Source: Planctomycetaceae bacterium (GTDB lineage: Bacteria; Planctomycetota; Planctomycetia; Pirellulales; UBA1268). From it: 63,413 nt of DNA. The translations under genes and the position numbers were made by a program. This document shows positions 26,597 to 36,516 of this stretch, one piece after another. The notes under the pieces are model-generated. The model was not told the origin of the DNA. It was given only the letters and a program-made list of their open reading frames with translations, and ran no database searches. Positions within the stretch are counted from its first letter, which is position 1. Every line of letters starts with the position of its first letter. The stretch is from contig SXWA01000142.1 in assembly GCA_005791575.1 (NCBI GenBank), positions 1 to 63,413 of the forward strand, written 5' to 3'.

Positions 26597-27247
26597 ATGA
26601 CGCTTGATTGGGGTGCGCGCGTGGCGATCCGGGTCCTCGTCGTCGACGACCATGAACTGATCCATCTTGGCTGCCGGAACATGCTCTCGTCGGTCGGCTT
26701 CGACGTGGTGGGCGCCGCCACCGACGGCGAAACCGCCGTGCGCACCGCTGGTGAACTCGGCCCCGACATCGTGCTCCTCGACGCGCGGCTCGGGCAGGCC
26801 GACGGCTTGGCACTGATCCCCCGGCTCCGCAGCGCCGCGCCGAAGACACGGATCGTCGTGTTCTCCGCGTTCGGAAACCGCTCCTACGTTGCCCGGGCAC
26901 TCGCCGTGGGTGCCGAGGACTATCTGCTCAAGTCGGCGCCGCTCGAGGACATCGTGACCGCGCTCAAGCGAGTTGCCGCCGGCGAGCCGATCCCACGCTT
27001 GGCAAGCCAGCGTCGGGCGAAGTCCCCGCCCGGTGATCTGCCCCCGGGAAGCGAACCTGGGCTCACCGACAGGGAAACCGCGGTCCTGCGCCAGATCGCC
27101 GCCGGACGCAGCAATCAGGAGATCGCGTCGGAACTCGCAATCAGCGTGGAGACCGTCAAGGAACACGTCCAAGCCGTACTGCGCAAGACGGTCCTCGTCG
27201 ACCGCACCCAAGCCGCGCTGTGGGCCATCCGGCACGGGATCAGCTGA
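26597..27247 (+). CDS. NarL/LuxR-family response regulator (no adjacent kinase)
   Basis: Receiver domain (RVLVVDDHELI, IVLLDARL) plus a LuxR HTH (LTDRETAVLRQIAAGRSNQEIASELAISVETVKEHV). Start at ATG 26597 or GTG 26621. Confidence 0.85.
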   Translation: MTLDWGARVAIRVLVVDDHELIHLGCRNMLSSVGFDVVGAATDGETAVRTAGELGPDIVLLDARLGQADGLALIPRLRSAAPKTRIVVFSAFGNRSYVARALAVGAEDYLLKSAPLEDIVTALKRVAAGEPIPRLASQRRAKSPPGDLPPGSEPGLTDRETAVLRQIAAGRSNQEIASELAISVETVKEHVQAVLRKTVLVDRTQAALWAIRHGIS

Positions 27248-27309
27248 GTGAACCACCGACCCGGTGGCTAACCTGCGCTGGGGGCCATCCGGCACGGGAT
27301 CAGCTGAGT
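27215..27309. repeat. 35-bp direct duplication of the regulator gene 3' end (27215-27249 and 27275-27309, 1 mismatch)
   Basis: Read directly. The 25-bp spacer contains the hairpin CCACCG-ACC-CGGTGG. Confidence 0.9.
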
Positions 27310-27329
27310 CAATTCCAGAGTCGGGATCC

Positions 27330-27734
27330 TCAGGGCTTCGCCTTTGTCAGCCCCCCGAACTCGGCGGCCGAGACCTGCTTCACCGTGCCGTCCTGAAGGA
27401 GGACGAATCCGCCCTCCTTCGCCGCCTTCGCCTCGAACCCGACGACCGTCTTCGCGGCATCGGGACCGTCGGAGAGTTTCGCCCCCCAGACGTACTCGAT
27501 CGAGCCGTTCTGGATGAACGCTCCCGCGGCGGGGAAGAGCGGTTCGATCGCCGCCATCTCGGCCGCGGATTTCGGTGCCTTCTGCTGGCCGGCTTTCACG
27601 GCATCGAGGAGGGTCTTCAGATCGACGAGGCCGTCGTTGGGGGCCGGCCCCTGCTGAGCACCCTCCTTCTTGCCGCCGCCGCCACACCCGGAGGCCAGCG
27701 GCAACGCGACCGCAACGGCGATCACCAGTGCCAC
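27330..27734 (-). CDS. small lipoprotein downstream of DUF1559 gene
   Basis: Lipobox-like ALPLASGC, then Lys/Ala-rich soluble part. The start is uncertain: GTG at 27734, or CTG at 27746 inside repeat copy B. The longer ORF 27330..27917 runs through the repeat. Confidence 0.5.
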   Translation of the reverse strand: MALVIAVAVALPLASGCGGGGKKEGAQQGPAPNDGLVDLKTLLDAVKAGQQKAPKSAAEMAAIEPLFPAAGAFIQNGSIEYVWGAKLSDGPDAAKTVVGFEAKAAKEGGFVLLQDGTVKQVSAAEFGGLTKAKP

Positions 27735-27740
27735 CGTCCT

Positions 27741-27867
27741 GAGCAGGCTGTGGACAAACAGCCTGCTGCACCGGGGGGATCCGGTGCCGGGAGCGCAGCT
27801 CCCGTGAAAACCACAGGTTTTCGAGTGGACAAAGGCCAGGGATGGACTTTGGACACGGGATGACAGC
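27741..27867. repeat. five-hairpin interspersed repeat, copy B (forward orientation)
   Basis: Intercistronic between the DUF1559 gene and the lipoprotein gene. Stems H2 and H4 carry paired substitutions. Confidence 0.9.
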
Positions 27868-27960
27868 ACCGCCCAGCAGTCAGACCACTTCATCTCCCCT
27901 CCTCCGGTCACCATCACCGACCCGGGACCCAGTCCACCACCGCCGGAAGCCGATCCAACG

Positions 27961-29073
27961 TCACTCGATACTGACGTTCTCGCCGCCCTGCCGACTGCCG
28001 GTCGCCTGCCAGGCGACGAAGTCGATGTCGTCGGAGACGAAACGGGTCGATCCGTCGGCGAATCCGATCATCACCCCGCCGGGATGGTAACTCGACGCGG
28101 CGATGTGGGCGACGGTGAACGACGTCGTGCCGCAGTTGTAACGCTGCTGGGCCAGGTCGCTCGTCTTGCGGTTCCAGTTGGGAGGCAGCGTCGTGCTGAA
28201 CGAGAACGTATACGGCAGGTCGCGGTAGTACTGGTGGCCGGTGTAGCGGATCCAGCTCGACGTGGTGGTGTTGCCGTTGGGCATGCAGGGGGCGACGGTC
28301 CGCCCGTCGATCGCCTGGGCCGCGGTGAAAGCCGACGTGGAATTGAAGGCGGTCGTGTTGTCCCACTGATTGGTGTCGTTCCAAGTCTTCGTGCCGCGGA
28401 TCACCTCGCCGAACATCGCCGTCTTCGAGAGACCGTCGGGAATCTGTGCCGTGCGGAAACCCTTGAGTACGGTGCCTGCGGGAGGGCCTTCGGCCGACGA
28501 ACTGCTGGCGAGAGCACCGGGAAAGGCCATCGCGAAGATGCCGTCGATCGTCGTCCCGCCACGTTGGTTGGCCCCACCCGTGCAGGCCATCAGGTTGTTG
28601 CGTCCGGCACCGAAGTAGTTGTTCGGCGACTGGTCGGACGGGCATATGTACGACGAAACGTCCTGGAGCCGCGCCCTGGAATTGGCACCGGTCTTGGCAG
28701 GGATTCCCGGCGCGATGGCCACGTCGCTGTTGACGTTGTAGTTGAGATCGAACAGCGAATAGCGGTTGGCCTCCTCGAGGTACTGGAGGATCATCACCTG
28801 GGGCACGGCACCGGATGGATACGTGGTCTGCACCCCGAGGGCGTTGGGCAACACCTTCGAATGCCGGTTGGGGGGCAGCGTCTTGTTGGCCGACTCGTAA
28901 TTGAGTGCCGCGAGGCAGGACTGCCGCATGTTGTTCGCGCAGCTTGACCGCCGCGCTGCCTCACGGGCGGCCTGCACCGCCGGCAGGAGGAGCCCCACGA
29001 GGGTGCCGATGATGGCGATCACCACCAGCAGCTCGACGAGCGTGAAACCGCCACGACGCACGGTGGGGTTCAT
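27961..29073 (-). CDS. DUF1559 protein (prepilin-type N-terminal cleavage/methylation domain, H-X9-DG)
   Basis: ORF 27961..29508 trimmed to the ATG at 29073, with GGAGA upstream. N-terminal [35 protein letters not shown]-terminal [18 protein letters not shown]. Confidence 0.9.
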   Translation of the reverse strand: MNPTVRRGGFTLVELLVVIAIIGTLVGLLLPAVQAAREAARRSSCANNMRQSCLAALNYESANKTLPPNRHSKVLPNALGVQTTYPSGAVPQVMILQYLEEANRYSLFDLNYNVNSDVAIAPGIPAKTGANSRARLQDVSSYICPSDQSPNNYFGAGRNNLMACTGGANQRGGTTIDGIFAMAFPGALASSSSAEGPPAGTVLKGFRTAQIPDGLSKTAMFGEVIRGTKTWNDTNQWDNTTAFNSTSAFTAAQAIDGRTVAPCMPNGNTTTSSWIRYTGHQYYRDLPYTFSFSTTLPPNWNRKTSDLAQQRYNCGTTSFTVAHIAASSYHPGGVMIGFADGSTRFVSDDIDFVAWQATGSRQGGENVSIE

Positions 29074-29437
29074 GGGAATCTCCAGGAATGAGGGATCGGA
29101 AACGATGATCAAGAAAATAATGAATCGACTCATCGCGAAGCGATGGGCTCCCGACAGCTCGGGACGCCGGCAAACCATCCAACGGTCAGTACCAAACCAC
29201 CGAAGGGTTGGAGCACTCAAGGCGGGCAGCCCGCGTTCGGAACTGACCCGGTCTTCCGCGGAAATCGTCGTTATCCTAGAGTTTTTCCACGCAAACGGCA
29301 ACTTTTTGCCTTCCGGGCAATCCCCTCGACCGGGGAGAATGCCCTCGGGCCCCAACGGCCTGGAAGCCTTCGTGCGGCGCTGCTCCTGAAAACCAGGTGC
29401 CCGCCGGGGCCCCAGCGGACGGCGGTATGCTGATCGC

Positions 29438-30592
29438 ATGATCGATTCTGCTGCGGGGTTCTTCGCCGCCGTGCTGGCGCTGGCAGGACTGTTTCCGGTG
29501 CTCGCCACCCGCTGGCCGCAGCCGTTTTCCGTCGTGCCGCCGATCGTCTGGTCGTACGTGGCGACGACCCTGCTCGCCCTCTGCGGGGCCTGGTCTCAGA
29601 GCCCGGCGATCCATGGGGTCCAGCAGGCGGCGTCGGCCCGCCTCATGCCGGCGCTGGTCTTTCTCCTCATGGTGGGCTGCGATCTGCGGGCAATCGTCGG
29701 CCTCGGTCCCCGGGCGCTGGGGGCGTTCGCCTGCGCCAGCGGGTCGATCCTCGTCGGGCTGGCCGTGGCCTGGGTCGCCTGGCGCGGCTGGCTCCCCGCC
29801 GAAGGCTGGCAAGCCCTCGGCTGCCTGGGGGGAAGTTGGGTCGGTGGCACGGCAAACCTGGTCGCCACCGGTCAGGGCATCAGTGCGGCCCCGGCGATGG
29901 TGGCAGCGGCCCTGCTTGTCGATACGATCTGCTACGCCGCCTGGGTGACATTGCTCTTCGCCACCGTCCCGCTGGCGGGACGATTCGACCATTGGGTGCG
30001 CGCCCGCCCCTGGGATGCCCCCACCACCGGCGCGCGGGCCCCGGAGGCGGCCGCCACCCCGGGGCATGTCCTCTGCTGGCTCGCGGCGGCGCTGGCGGTG
30101 GGCCTCACTGCCGGGCGGCTCGCCGACTCACTGCCGTCCGACGGACCGCTCACCCCGGGAACCTGGACCCTGCTTTTCGCCTCCCTCGCCGGCTTGGTCG
30201 TCGCGGTCACCCCCCTGGCACGACTGCCGGGTGCGGCGGGGGTCGGTTCGGGCCTGCTCGCGGTGGCGGTGGTGACGCTCGCGGCCCAGGGGGATGTGCG
30301 CGGACTCGATCGCGTGGTGTGGCTGGTCGCCGCGGGATTCACCGCGCTGGTCGTCCATGCCCTGCTCATGCTGGCAGCCGCGCGCCTCTGGGGCTTCGAT
30401 CTCGCGCTCTGCGGCATCGCCTCGCTGGCGAGCATCGGTGGCATCGCCTCGGCGCCGCTGCTGGCTGCAGCCCATCGCCATCAGTTGGTTCCGGTCGCCG
30501 TCCTCCTGGCGCTGGTCGGGTACCTTTTCGGCACCTGGGCCGGGATCGGTCTGGCGACGGCACTGTCCCGCTTCCCTGGAGTCACTCCATGA
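29438..30592 (+). CDS. DUF819-like polytopic membrane protein
   Basis: About 10 hydrophobic segments and duplicated WVGGTAN / SIGGIAS blocks. Family assignment is from memory. Confidence 0.6.
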   Translation: MIDSAAGFFAAVLALAGLFPVLATRWPQPFSVVPPIVWSYVATTLLALCGAWSQSPAIHGVQQAASARLMPALVFLLMVGCDLRAIVGLGPRALGAFACASGSILVGLAVAWVAWRGWLPAEGWQALGCLGGSWVGGTANLVATGQGISAAPAMVAAALLVDTICYAAWVTLLFATVPLAGRFDHWVRARPWDAPTTGARAPEAAATPGHVLCWLAAALAVGLTAGRLADSLPSDGPLTPGTWTLLFASLAGLVVAVTPLARLPGAAGVGSGLLAVAVVTLAAQGDVRGLDRVVWLVAAGFTALVVHALLMLAAARLWGFDLALCGIASLASIGGIASAPLLAAAHRHQLVPVAVLLALVGYLFGTWAGIGLATALSRFPGVTP

Positions 30593-32028
30593 TCCCGACG
30601 TGCGGCCCGCGCCAGCGTGCGTCATGTCGCCTGCCGGCGCTGCTCGCCCTCGCCGCGGTGCTCGCCCTCGCCACGCTCCTCGTCGCTCCCGCATCCGGAT
30701 GCGGCGCCGACCCGGCGCACGGCCGGCCCTTCCCGCTCGAGATCCCCACCGAACGGCTCACCGCGGACTTCTGGATCGGCCGCGCCGCCGGCTGCGAGCA
30801 GGTTCTGCTCACACCGCCGGCGGTTGCCGGCCAAAACGGCCGCGTGATCGCTGCCGGTCCGGGTCTCCACGACCCGGCCGCACTCCCCGCCCGTCTGCCC
30901 CGGGCCATGGTGACGCACCTCGTCGAAGGTCTCGCGGCGGGCAACCGGGCCCGCCCCGTGATCGACGGTGCGGAGGCGGCCGACCTCACGGCGACCCTCG
31001 CCCTCGACCGCATTCCCGCCGAAGTGACACCGCGCTATGCCCTCGCCGTGAGGCGTGCCGACCTGCGGACCTTTCCGAGCGCTGCCCGGGGGCGCTTGAA
31101 GCCGGGCGACACCGATATCGACCGCTATCAGGAGTCGGCCCTCTTTCCCGGCACTGCGGTGGCTGTGCTCCACGAAAGTCGCGACGGGCTCTGGGCCTTC
31201 GTGATGGCACCGCTCTACGCCGCCTGGGTCGCCACCGACGCGCTGGCCGTGGGGGAACGAAAGACGGTGTTCGATTATGCGGCAACCGCCAGCCGCGTCG
31301 TGACCGGGCCCGCCGTCCGCACGGTCCATGCCCCGCTCGCGCCACCGCTCTCCGAGATCGTGCTCGACATGGGAGTGGCCGTGCCGGAGGTGACCGATTG
31401 GCCGCTGACCACGCCGGTTAACGGCCAGGGCGCTCTCGGCGCTCTCGTCGTGCGGCTTCCCACCCGCGCTGCCGACGGCACGCTGGCGGTGCAGCCGGCG
31501 CTCCTGCCGCGCGGCGCCGACACCCACGACGGCCCGCTCCCCGTCAGCCGTGCCAACCTCCTCCGACAGGCCTTCAAGTTCGTCGGCGAACGCTACTGCT
31601 GGGGCCACGGCGGGAGCGGCCGCGACTGCAGCGGCTTCGTGGCGGAATGCCACCGCAGCCTCGGCCTGGTGCTCCCGCGCAACAGCAAGGATCAGGCCGC
31701 CTGCACGGCGTCGTTCCGCCGCACGGTGATTCCCGGGACGGCCGATCGTGATCAGCGGCTCGCGGCCCTCGCCGATCTGGCCCCCGGTGATCTGATCCAT
31801 GTGCCCGGGCACGTGATGATGGTCGTCGGCGCGGATGAGCTCGGGCCCTGGATCATCCACGACTCCCACGCCGCCACGGTCCGGGGACCGGATGGCAAGG
31901 CTCTCCGCCTGCCGACCAATTCGGTGGTCGTCTGCCCGCTCGAGCCCCTCCTCCGCGACGACGGCGCGAGCCTGATCGACTCGATCACGGTGCTCCAGCG
32001 CTATCTGCCCGGCGCGCCGCTCCCCTGA
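30589..32028 (+). CDS. secreted NlpC/P60 (C40) peptidase with SH3b-like region, YkfC-like
   Basis: The ATG at 30589 overlaps the upstream stop (ATGA). Lipoprotein-like signal ...LLVAPASGC. Catalytic RYCWGHGGSGRDCSGFV and downstream GHVMMVVG. Confidence 0.8.
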   Translation: MIPTCGPRQRASCRLPALLALAAVLALATLLVAPASGCGADPAHGRPFPLEIPTERLTADFWIGRAAGCEQVLLTPPAVAGQNGRVIAAGPGLHDPAALPARLPRAMVTHLVEGLAAGNRARPVIDGAEAADLTATLALDRIPAEVTPRYALAVRRADLRTFPSAARGRLKPGDTDIDRYQESALFPGTAVAVLHESRDGLWAFVMAPLYAAWVATDALAVGERKTVFDYAATASRVVTGPAVRTVHAPLAPPLSEIVLDMGVAVPEVTDWPLTTPVNGQGALGALVVRLPTRAADGTLAVQPALLPRGADTHDGPLPVSRANLLRQAFKFVGERYCWGHGGSGRDCSGFVAECHRSLGLVLPRNSKDQAACTASFRRTVIPGTADRDQRLAALADLAPGDLIHVPGHVMMVVGADELGPWIIHDSHAATVRGPDGKALRLPTNSVVVCPLEPLLRDDGASLIDSITVLQRYLPGAPLP

Positions 32029-32126
32029 CGGTGCTCCCCTGCCGGTGCGATACTGCCGGCGCCGCCGCGCGGCCGACGAGCGTCCGCTCCGCTTGCCGAT
32101 CCGCTCGGCTGCACTCTCGGCCCGCG

Positions 32127-34226
32127 TCAGGGAGCCGCGGCGGGCGGCAGCGTCCAGCCGTGCATGAAGAGGTTCCGCGCGTCGACGTAGCGGGCGTCGG
32201 TGGTGGTCGATCCGAGCACCACCACCACCAGCGCGCGACCGTCGCGCTCCCCCCAGGCCGCCAGGCAGCACCCGGCGACGGCGGTCGTGCCGGTCTTCAC
32301 GCCGGAATAGCCTTCGATCGGCAGGAGGCGATTGGTGTTCTTCCAGACCACCGGCCGCCGCGAGCCATCGACCGACTCGATCGTCGCCCCGCGCTGCCGG
32401 GTGGCGACGATCGCGCGGAACAGCGGCAGCTCCATCGCCACGCGCACCAGCGCCGCGATCTCGGCGGCAGTCGTCTCGTGGCCCGGGGCGGTCTTGCCGT
32501 GGGTGTTGCGGTAGCTGGTGCGGGCGAGCCCCAGTTCGGCGGCGGTGGCGTTCATCCGGGCGACGAACCGGTCGAGCGGATCGACGGCCACCCCGTCCGC
32601 TGCGGCAGCCCCTGTGAGCCGGGCCCCGACATGCTCCCCCAGCGCCACCGAGGCGTCGTTGCCGGAGGGCAGCATGAGGCCGTAAAGCATCTCGCGGACG
32701 GAGACCCGGTCGCCGGGCCGGAGCATCGCCGACGATCCGGTTTCCTGCCCGGCCCGGGTCGAGACCGTGATCATCTCGTCGAGCAGGCCGGGCGCCGCCG
32801 CGGCTTCACGGAGCACCACCAGCGCGGTCATCACTTTCGTGATGCTGGCGGGCGACCGGCACGTGTCGGCATCGCGGCCGGCCAGGCGCCGTCCCGTGGC
32901 CGCCTCGACGATCACCCACGACGGCGCCGTGGTCTGCGGCGGCCCGCCGCCCGCGTCGGCCGCCGCCACCGGGAGCCGCTCGGCGTTCACCGTCTCTGCA
33001 TCGGGCAGGGGCGGATCGGCGGTGATCAGCGTGCCCAGGGCGCGCCACGTGGCGGCATCGACAATCCCGCTGCCGGGCAGCCCGCTCTCATCCTGCAAGC
33101 GGCGCACCGCAGCGGCAGTGGCGGGACCGAAGTCACCATCCACACCGAGCCGGGCCGCAGCCGGCAGGCGGGCGTTGAGCGAGCGCTGCAGTTCCTCGAC
33201 CACCACACCCGATGCTCCCTGAGCGAGCGGCTGCGGGCTGGCAGGACGGTCCTCCGCGTGCCGGGCGGCGAAGTAGGCGGCGATCTCCCGACCACAGGCG
33301 GCGATCAGGTCCTCCGCCGCCCCGCCGTCGATGCGCCGATCCTTGTTGTCGGTGGTGAGGAGGCAGTAGGCCACCGGCCCCCCGGGGCCGAGGAGGATGC
33401 CGGCGTCGGTGCGCGAGCCGGAGACACCGCCCGTCTTGTGGGCACAGCGCCATCCGGCCGGCAGCTCGCGCGGCACCATCCGGGTGTCGTCGCAGGCGAG
33501 GAGATGGGAGAGGATCGCGGGCGTGCTGCCGGCGGGGATGATCCCCCGCGCCTCCAGCTCACCGCCGTGGAGCAGGGAGAGGAGGCGGACGAATTCCGCC
33601 GCGGTCCCGCTCCCCAGTCCGTAGAGGCGGCTGCGCTCGGGATCGAGTGAGGTGTCGCGCCGGTAGACGAGTGAATTGAGCCGGATCTCCCTGAGCCCGA
33701 GGTCGGCCATCAGCGCCGTCGTCGCCGGTCGGCCGATCCGCTCGACCACGAGATTCGTGGCGGTGTTGTCGCTGGCGGCGATCATCATCCTGATCCAATC
33801 GACCAGCGGCAGTTCGGCCCCGTCCGACAGGAGATCGACCACGCGTGAGCCCGGCACGCGGTCGCCGGCAGCGAGCGGCACCCGGTCGGTGAGCGCCACC
33901 CGCCCCTCCTTCACCGCCCGGTAGGCGGCGAGCATCACCGGGAGCTTCACCAGGCTCGCCGTCGGCATCGCCTCGTCGGCGCGCAGCGCGTAGCGCTCAC
34001 CGGTGGGCAGATGCTCGACCGCCACCGCCACCCGTCCCTCGTGGGCGTTGATCAGCGGCAGGAGCGCGTCCTCGAGCGAATCGGCCGACTCGGTCGCCAC
34101 GGCGCTGCCGGCCGCGGCAGGACCGAGAAGGAGCAGCAGCAAAAGCGCCGACGACTGGATCGCGCGGGCCACCCGGTCGCACCCCATCCGGCATCCGCAG
34201 CGCATGCGCATCGCTCGTCTCCTCAT
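32127..34226 (-). CDS. tri-domain PG hydrolase: class A beta-lactamase-fold + PG_binding_1 + S11 D-Ala-D-Ala carboxypeptidase
   Basis: Signal peptide present. Domain 1 has SLVK / SDN / KTGG. The middle has GVDGDFGPATAAAVRRLQ. Domain 3 has SITK / SGND / KTGTT. The ATG overlaps the epimerase stop (ATGA). Confidence 0.8.
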   Translation of the reverse strand: MRRRAMRMRCGCRMGCDRVARAIQSSALLLLLLLGPAAAGSAVATESADSLEDALLPLINAHEGRVAVAVEHLPTGERYALRADEAMPTASLVKLPVMLAAYRAVKEGRVALTDRVPLAAGDRVPGSRVVDLLSDGAELPLVDWIRMMIAASDNTATNLVVERIGRPATTALMADLGLREIRLNSLVYRRDTSLDPERSRLYGLGSGTAAEFVRLLSLLHGGELEARGIIPAGSTPAILSHLLACDDTRMVPRELPAGWRCAHKTGGVSGSRTDAGILLGPGGPVAYCLLTTDNKDRRIDGGAAEDLIAACGREIAAYFAARHAEDRPASPQPLAQGASGVVVEELQRSLNARLPAAARLGVDGDFGPATAAAVRRLQDESGLPGSGIVDAATWRALGTLITADPPLPDAETVNAERLPVAAADAGGGPPQTTAPSWVIVEAATGRRLAGRDADTCRSPASITKVMTALVVLREAAAAPGLLDEMITVSTRAGQETGSSAMLRPGDRVSVREMLYGLMLPSGNDASVALGEHVGARLTGAAAADGVAVDPLDRFVARMNATAAELGLARTSYRNTHGKTAPGHETTAAEIAALVRVAMELPLFRAIVATRQRGATIESVDGSRRPVVWKNTNRLLPIEGYSGVKTGTTAVAGCCLAAWGERDGRALVVVVLGSTTTDARYVDARNLFMHGWTLPPAAAP

Positions 34227-35278
34227 CCTGCCGCTGCCCGGCTCGACGCGGGAAGTGGCCCGTCAAACAACTCCACACCGGTGCCGCTCCCTTGGGGAAA
34301 CACTGCCTTCCCCTCCACCACCCGCACGCCGGTGGCGATGTCGGCGGCGAGCAGTGCGGCACCATCCATGTCGACGTGGTCGAGCAGCGGCAGCAACTGG
34401 GCCAGTGCCGAGATGCCGACCGTCGATTCGGTCATGCAGCCGACCATCACCCCGAGCCCGAGTGACCGGGCCGTGGCGATCATCCGCCGCGCCGGCGCCA
34501 GTCCACCGCACTTGACCAACTTGATGTTGATGCCGTGGAACAGCCCGGCGCAGCGGGCGACATCCCCCTCGGCCGCGCAGCTCTCGTCGGCAAAAACCGG
34601 CAGAGCCGAGTGGCGATGGACGTCCGCCATCCCCGGGTCGCCCGGCGGGAGGGGTTGCTCGATGAACTCGACCCCCAATTCCGCCAGCGGACCGGAGAGG
34701 GCGATCGTCTGATCCACCGTCCAGCCGCAGTTGGCATCGACGCGGAACGGCCGGTCGGTGTGCCGGCGCAGCTCGCGCACGATCGCCAGATCGTCGGCGG
34801 TGCCGAGCTTGATCTTGAAGATCGGCCAGTCGGCTGCGGCCGCGAGCTTCTCGCGCATCACCGCGATCGTGTCGATGCCGATGGTGAAGTTGGACACCGG
34901 TCCCACCGCCCGGTCGAGCCCCCACCAGGTCGCCAGCGGCAGGCCGGCACGGCGGGCGGCGAGATCGTGGAGCGCCATGTCGAGCGCGCAGCGTGCGAAC
35001 GGCTCGTCAGCCAGCTCCGCTTCGAGCCGGGAGAGGGTCTCCGGCAGCCGGGCCGTCGTCGATTCCGCCAACAGTGGCCTGGCCCGCTCGGCGGCGGCAG
35101 CGAGCCGGGGGATCGTCTGCCCGTAGAACGGGTTGGTGGTGGCCTCGCCGTAGCCGTGGAGCCCCCCTTCCGAGAGCTGGACCACGAAGGTGTCCTGCAC
35201 GGCGACGCTGCCCCGCGCGATCGTGAACACGTGGCGCAGCGGCAGCGCGAACGTGGCGTGTGCCATCCCGATGCTCAT
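34223..35278 (-). CDS. enolase-superfamily dipeptide (L-Ala-D/L-Glu) epimerase-like
   Basis: FKIKLG (KxK), VDANCGW, IEQPL, ADES and NIKLVKCGG blocks. ATGA overlap with the DUF1611 stop. Confidence 0.85.
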   Translation of the reverse strand: MSIGMAHATFALPLRHVFTIARGSVAVQDTFVVQLSEGGLHGYGEATTNPFYGQTIPRLAAAAERARPLLAESTTARLPETLSRLEAELADEPFARCALDMALHDLAARRAGLPLATWWGLDRAVGPVSNFTIGIDTIAVMREKLAAAADWPIFKIKLGTADDLAIVRELRRHTDRPFRVDANCGWTVDQTIALSGPLAELGVEFIEQPLPPGDPGMADVHRHSALPVFADESCAAEGDVARCAGLFHGINIKLVKCGGLAPARRMIATARSLGLGVMVGCMTESTVGISALAQLLPLLDHVDMDGAALLAADIATGVRVVEGKAVFPQGSGTGVELFDGPLPASSRAAAG

Positions 35279-36363
35279 GACGTCTCTCCGCTACCGACTG
35301 CCGCGTCCCGTGCCACGCGCAGCCGCTCCACCGCCCCGACCAATTCATCGCAGCCGTCACGGACCGGATCGGCCACGGGAAGGCCGAACTCGGCCCTCAA
35401 CCGCTCGCTCTCGCGCGCCGCCCCATCCGCATCGAGCATCCGGCCGTTGAGCGCGATCCCGATCACCGTCCCGCCACCGCCGAACGCCGCCATCTGCTCG
35501 TAGGCGGCGATCGTCCGCGCGATCGAGGGGAGCGCCACGTGCGGCAGCCCGCCGTGGTGGAGCCGCCCCGGCTCGTGGACGAGGATCATCCCGTGGGGCA
35601 GCGCCCCGTGGAGCAGGCCGAGCGACACCGCCGAATAGCGCGGATGGGTGATCGTCGCCTGCCCCTCCACCACCAGGACCTCGTGATGCTGGTTGGCGAG
35701 CACGAGCTTCTCGACCGCGCCGTTGACGAAATCGGAGATCACCCGGTCGATCGGGCAGCCGTCTCCCTCGACCATGATCCCGGTCTGCCCCGTGGCGACA
35801 AACTTGGCATCGACCCCGCGCCGGGAGAGCGCCCGGGTGAGCTCCACGGCGGCGACCATCTTGCCGATCGAACAGTCGGTGCCGATGGTGAGGATCCGGG
35901 TGCAGTCCGCGCGGATGCCGAGCCGGCTGGCGACGTCGCGCTCGTCGTTGCGGCGGACATCGACGATCCGGCCCCCGTGTCGCGCTGCCGCGGCGGCGAG
36001 TTCGGGGTCGTCGGCAAGGAAGTCGTGGAGCCCGGAGACGATCGTCATGCCGCGGGCAAGGGCCTCGAAGAGCACCGGCCGCCAGGCCTCCGGCACGCGG
36101 CCGCCAGGGGGAGCGATGCCGATCACCAGCTCCGTGGCGGAGGGGGCCGCAGCGAGCCGCCCGATCACCGGGATCGCACCCCCGACGCCGAGCACGTCGT
36201 GCGCCGTCTGCCCGGCGGCGGTGCCGTCGAGGATCGCCACGACCTCGTCGGGGCAGTAGCGCAGGAGGCAGGAGGCGGTCTTTGCGGTCACCGGGTCGCA
36301 GTGGCCCTCGGTGAGCAGCACCATCCGTCGGCGCGCTGGCCGGGCGGGACCGGATTCGGGCAT
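35275..36363 (-). CDS. DUF1611 domain protein
   Basis: GAGGA 7 nt upstream of the ATG. GTDCSIGKM P-loop-like block and overall DUF1611-like layout (recalled). Confidence 0.75.
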   Translation of the reverse strand: MPESGPARPARRRMVLLTEGHCDPVTAKTASCLLRYCPDEVVAILDGTAAGQTAHDVLGVGGAIPVIGRLAAAPSATELVIGIAPPGGRVPEAWRPVLFEALARGMTIVSGLHDFLADDPELAAAAARHGGRIVDVRRNDERDVASRLGIRADCTRILTIGTDCSIGKMVAAVELTRALSRRGVDAKFVATGQTGIMVEGDGCPIDRVISDFVNGAVEKLVLANQHHEVLVVEGQATITHPRYSAVSLGLLHGALPHGMILVHEPGRLHHGGLPHVALPSIARTIAAYEQMAAFGGGGTVIGIALNGRMLDADGAARESERLRAEFGLPVADPVRDGCDELVGAVERLRVARDAAVGSGETS

Positions 36364-36516
36364 CGCACCATCCTCGGAAAGCCGTCTGGGCAGAGGGGGA
36401 GTCCGCAGGCCGCGAGTATCGCCCCGGGCCCGGGGGCGTCAACCTGGTGACCGCGCCGGTAAGCTCTTTCCCGCAACGCAGGCCCACTTCCCCGGCGAAG
36501 CGAGTGAGACGAGCCG

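Noticed and set aside
26597-27247. Two-component system
   Set aside because: Only the response regulator is present. No histidine kinase motifs (H-box, N, G1 or G2) were seen in neighbouring ORFs, so it is treated as an orphan regulator rather than a system.
29836-30588. N-terminal extensions of ORFs 29836..32028, 43221..45689, 45044..47695, 39845..41872, 53170..55041
   Set aside because: The extensions overlap the upstream genes in other frames and are Arg/Gly-rich. Internal ATGs with signal peptides, SD sequences or ATGA coupling give family-typical N-termini.
32127-34226. Beta-lactamase-fold domains (here and at 43302..44500) as antibiotic-resistance genes
   Set aside because: The fusions to PG-binding, S11 and NamZ domains, and the placement in a muropeptide-salvage cluster, point to cell-wall processing enzymes. 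Resistance cannot be inferred from motifs alone.
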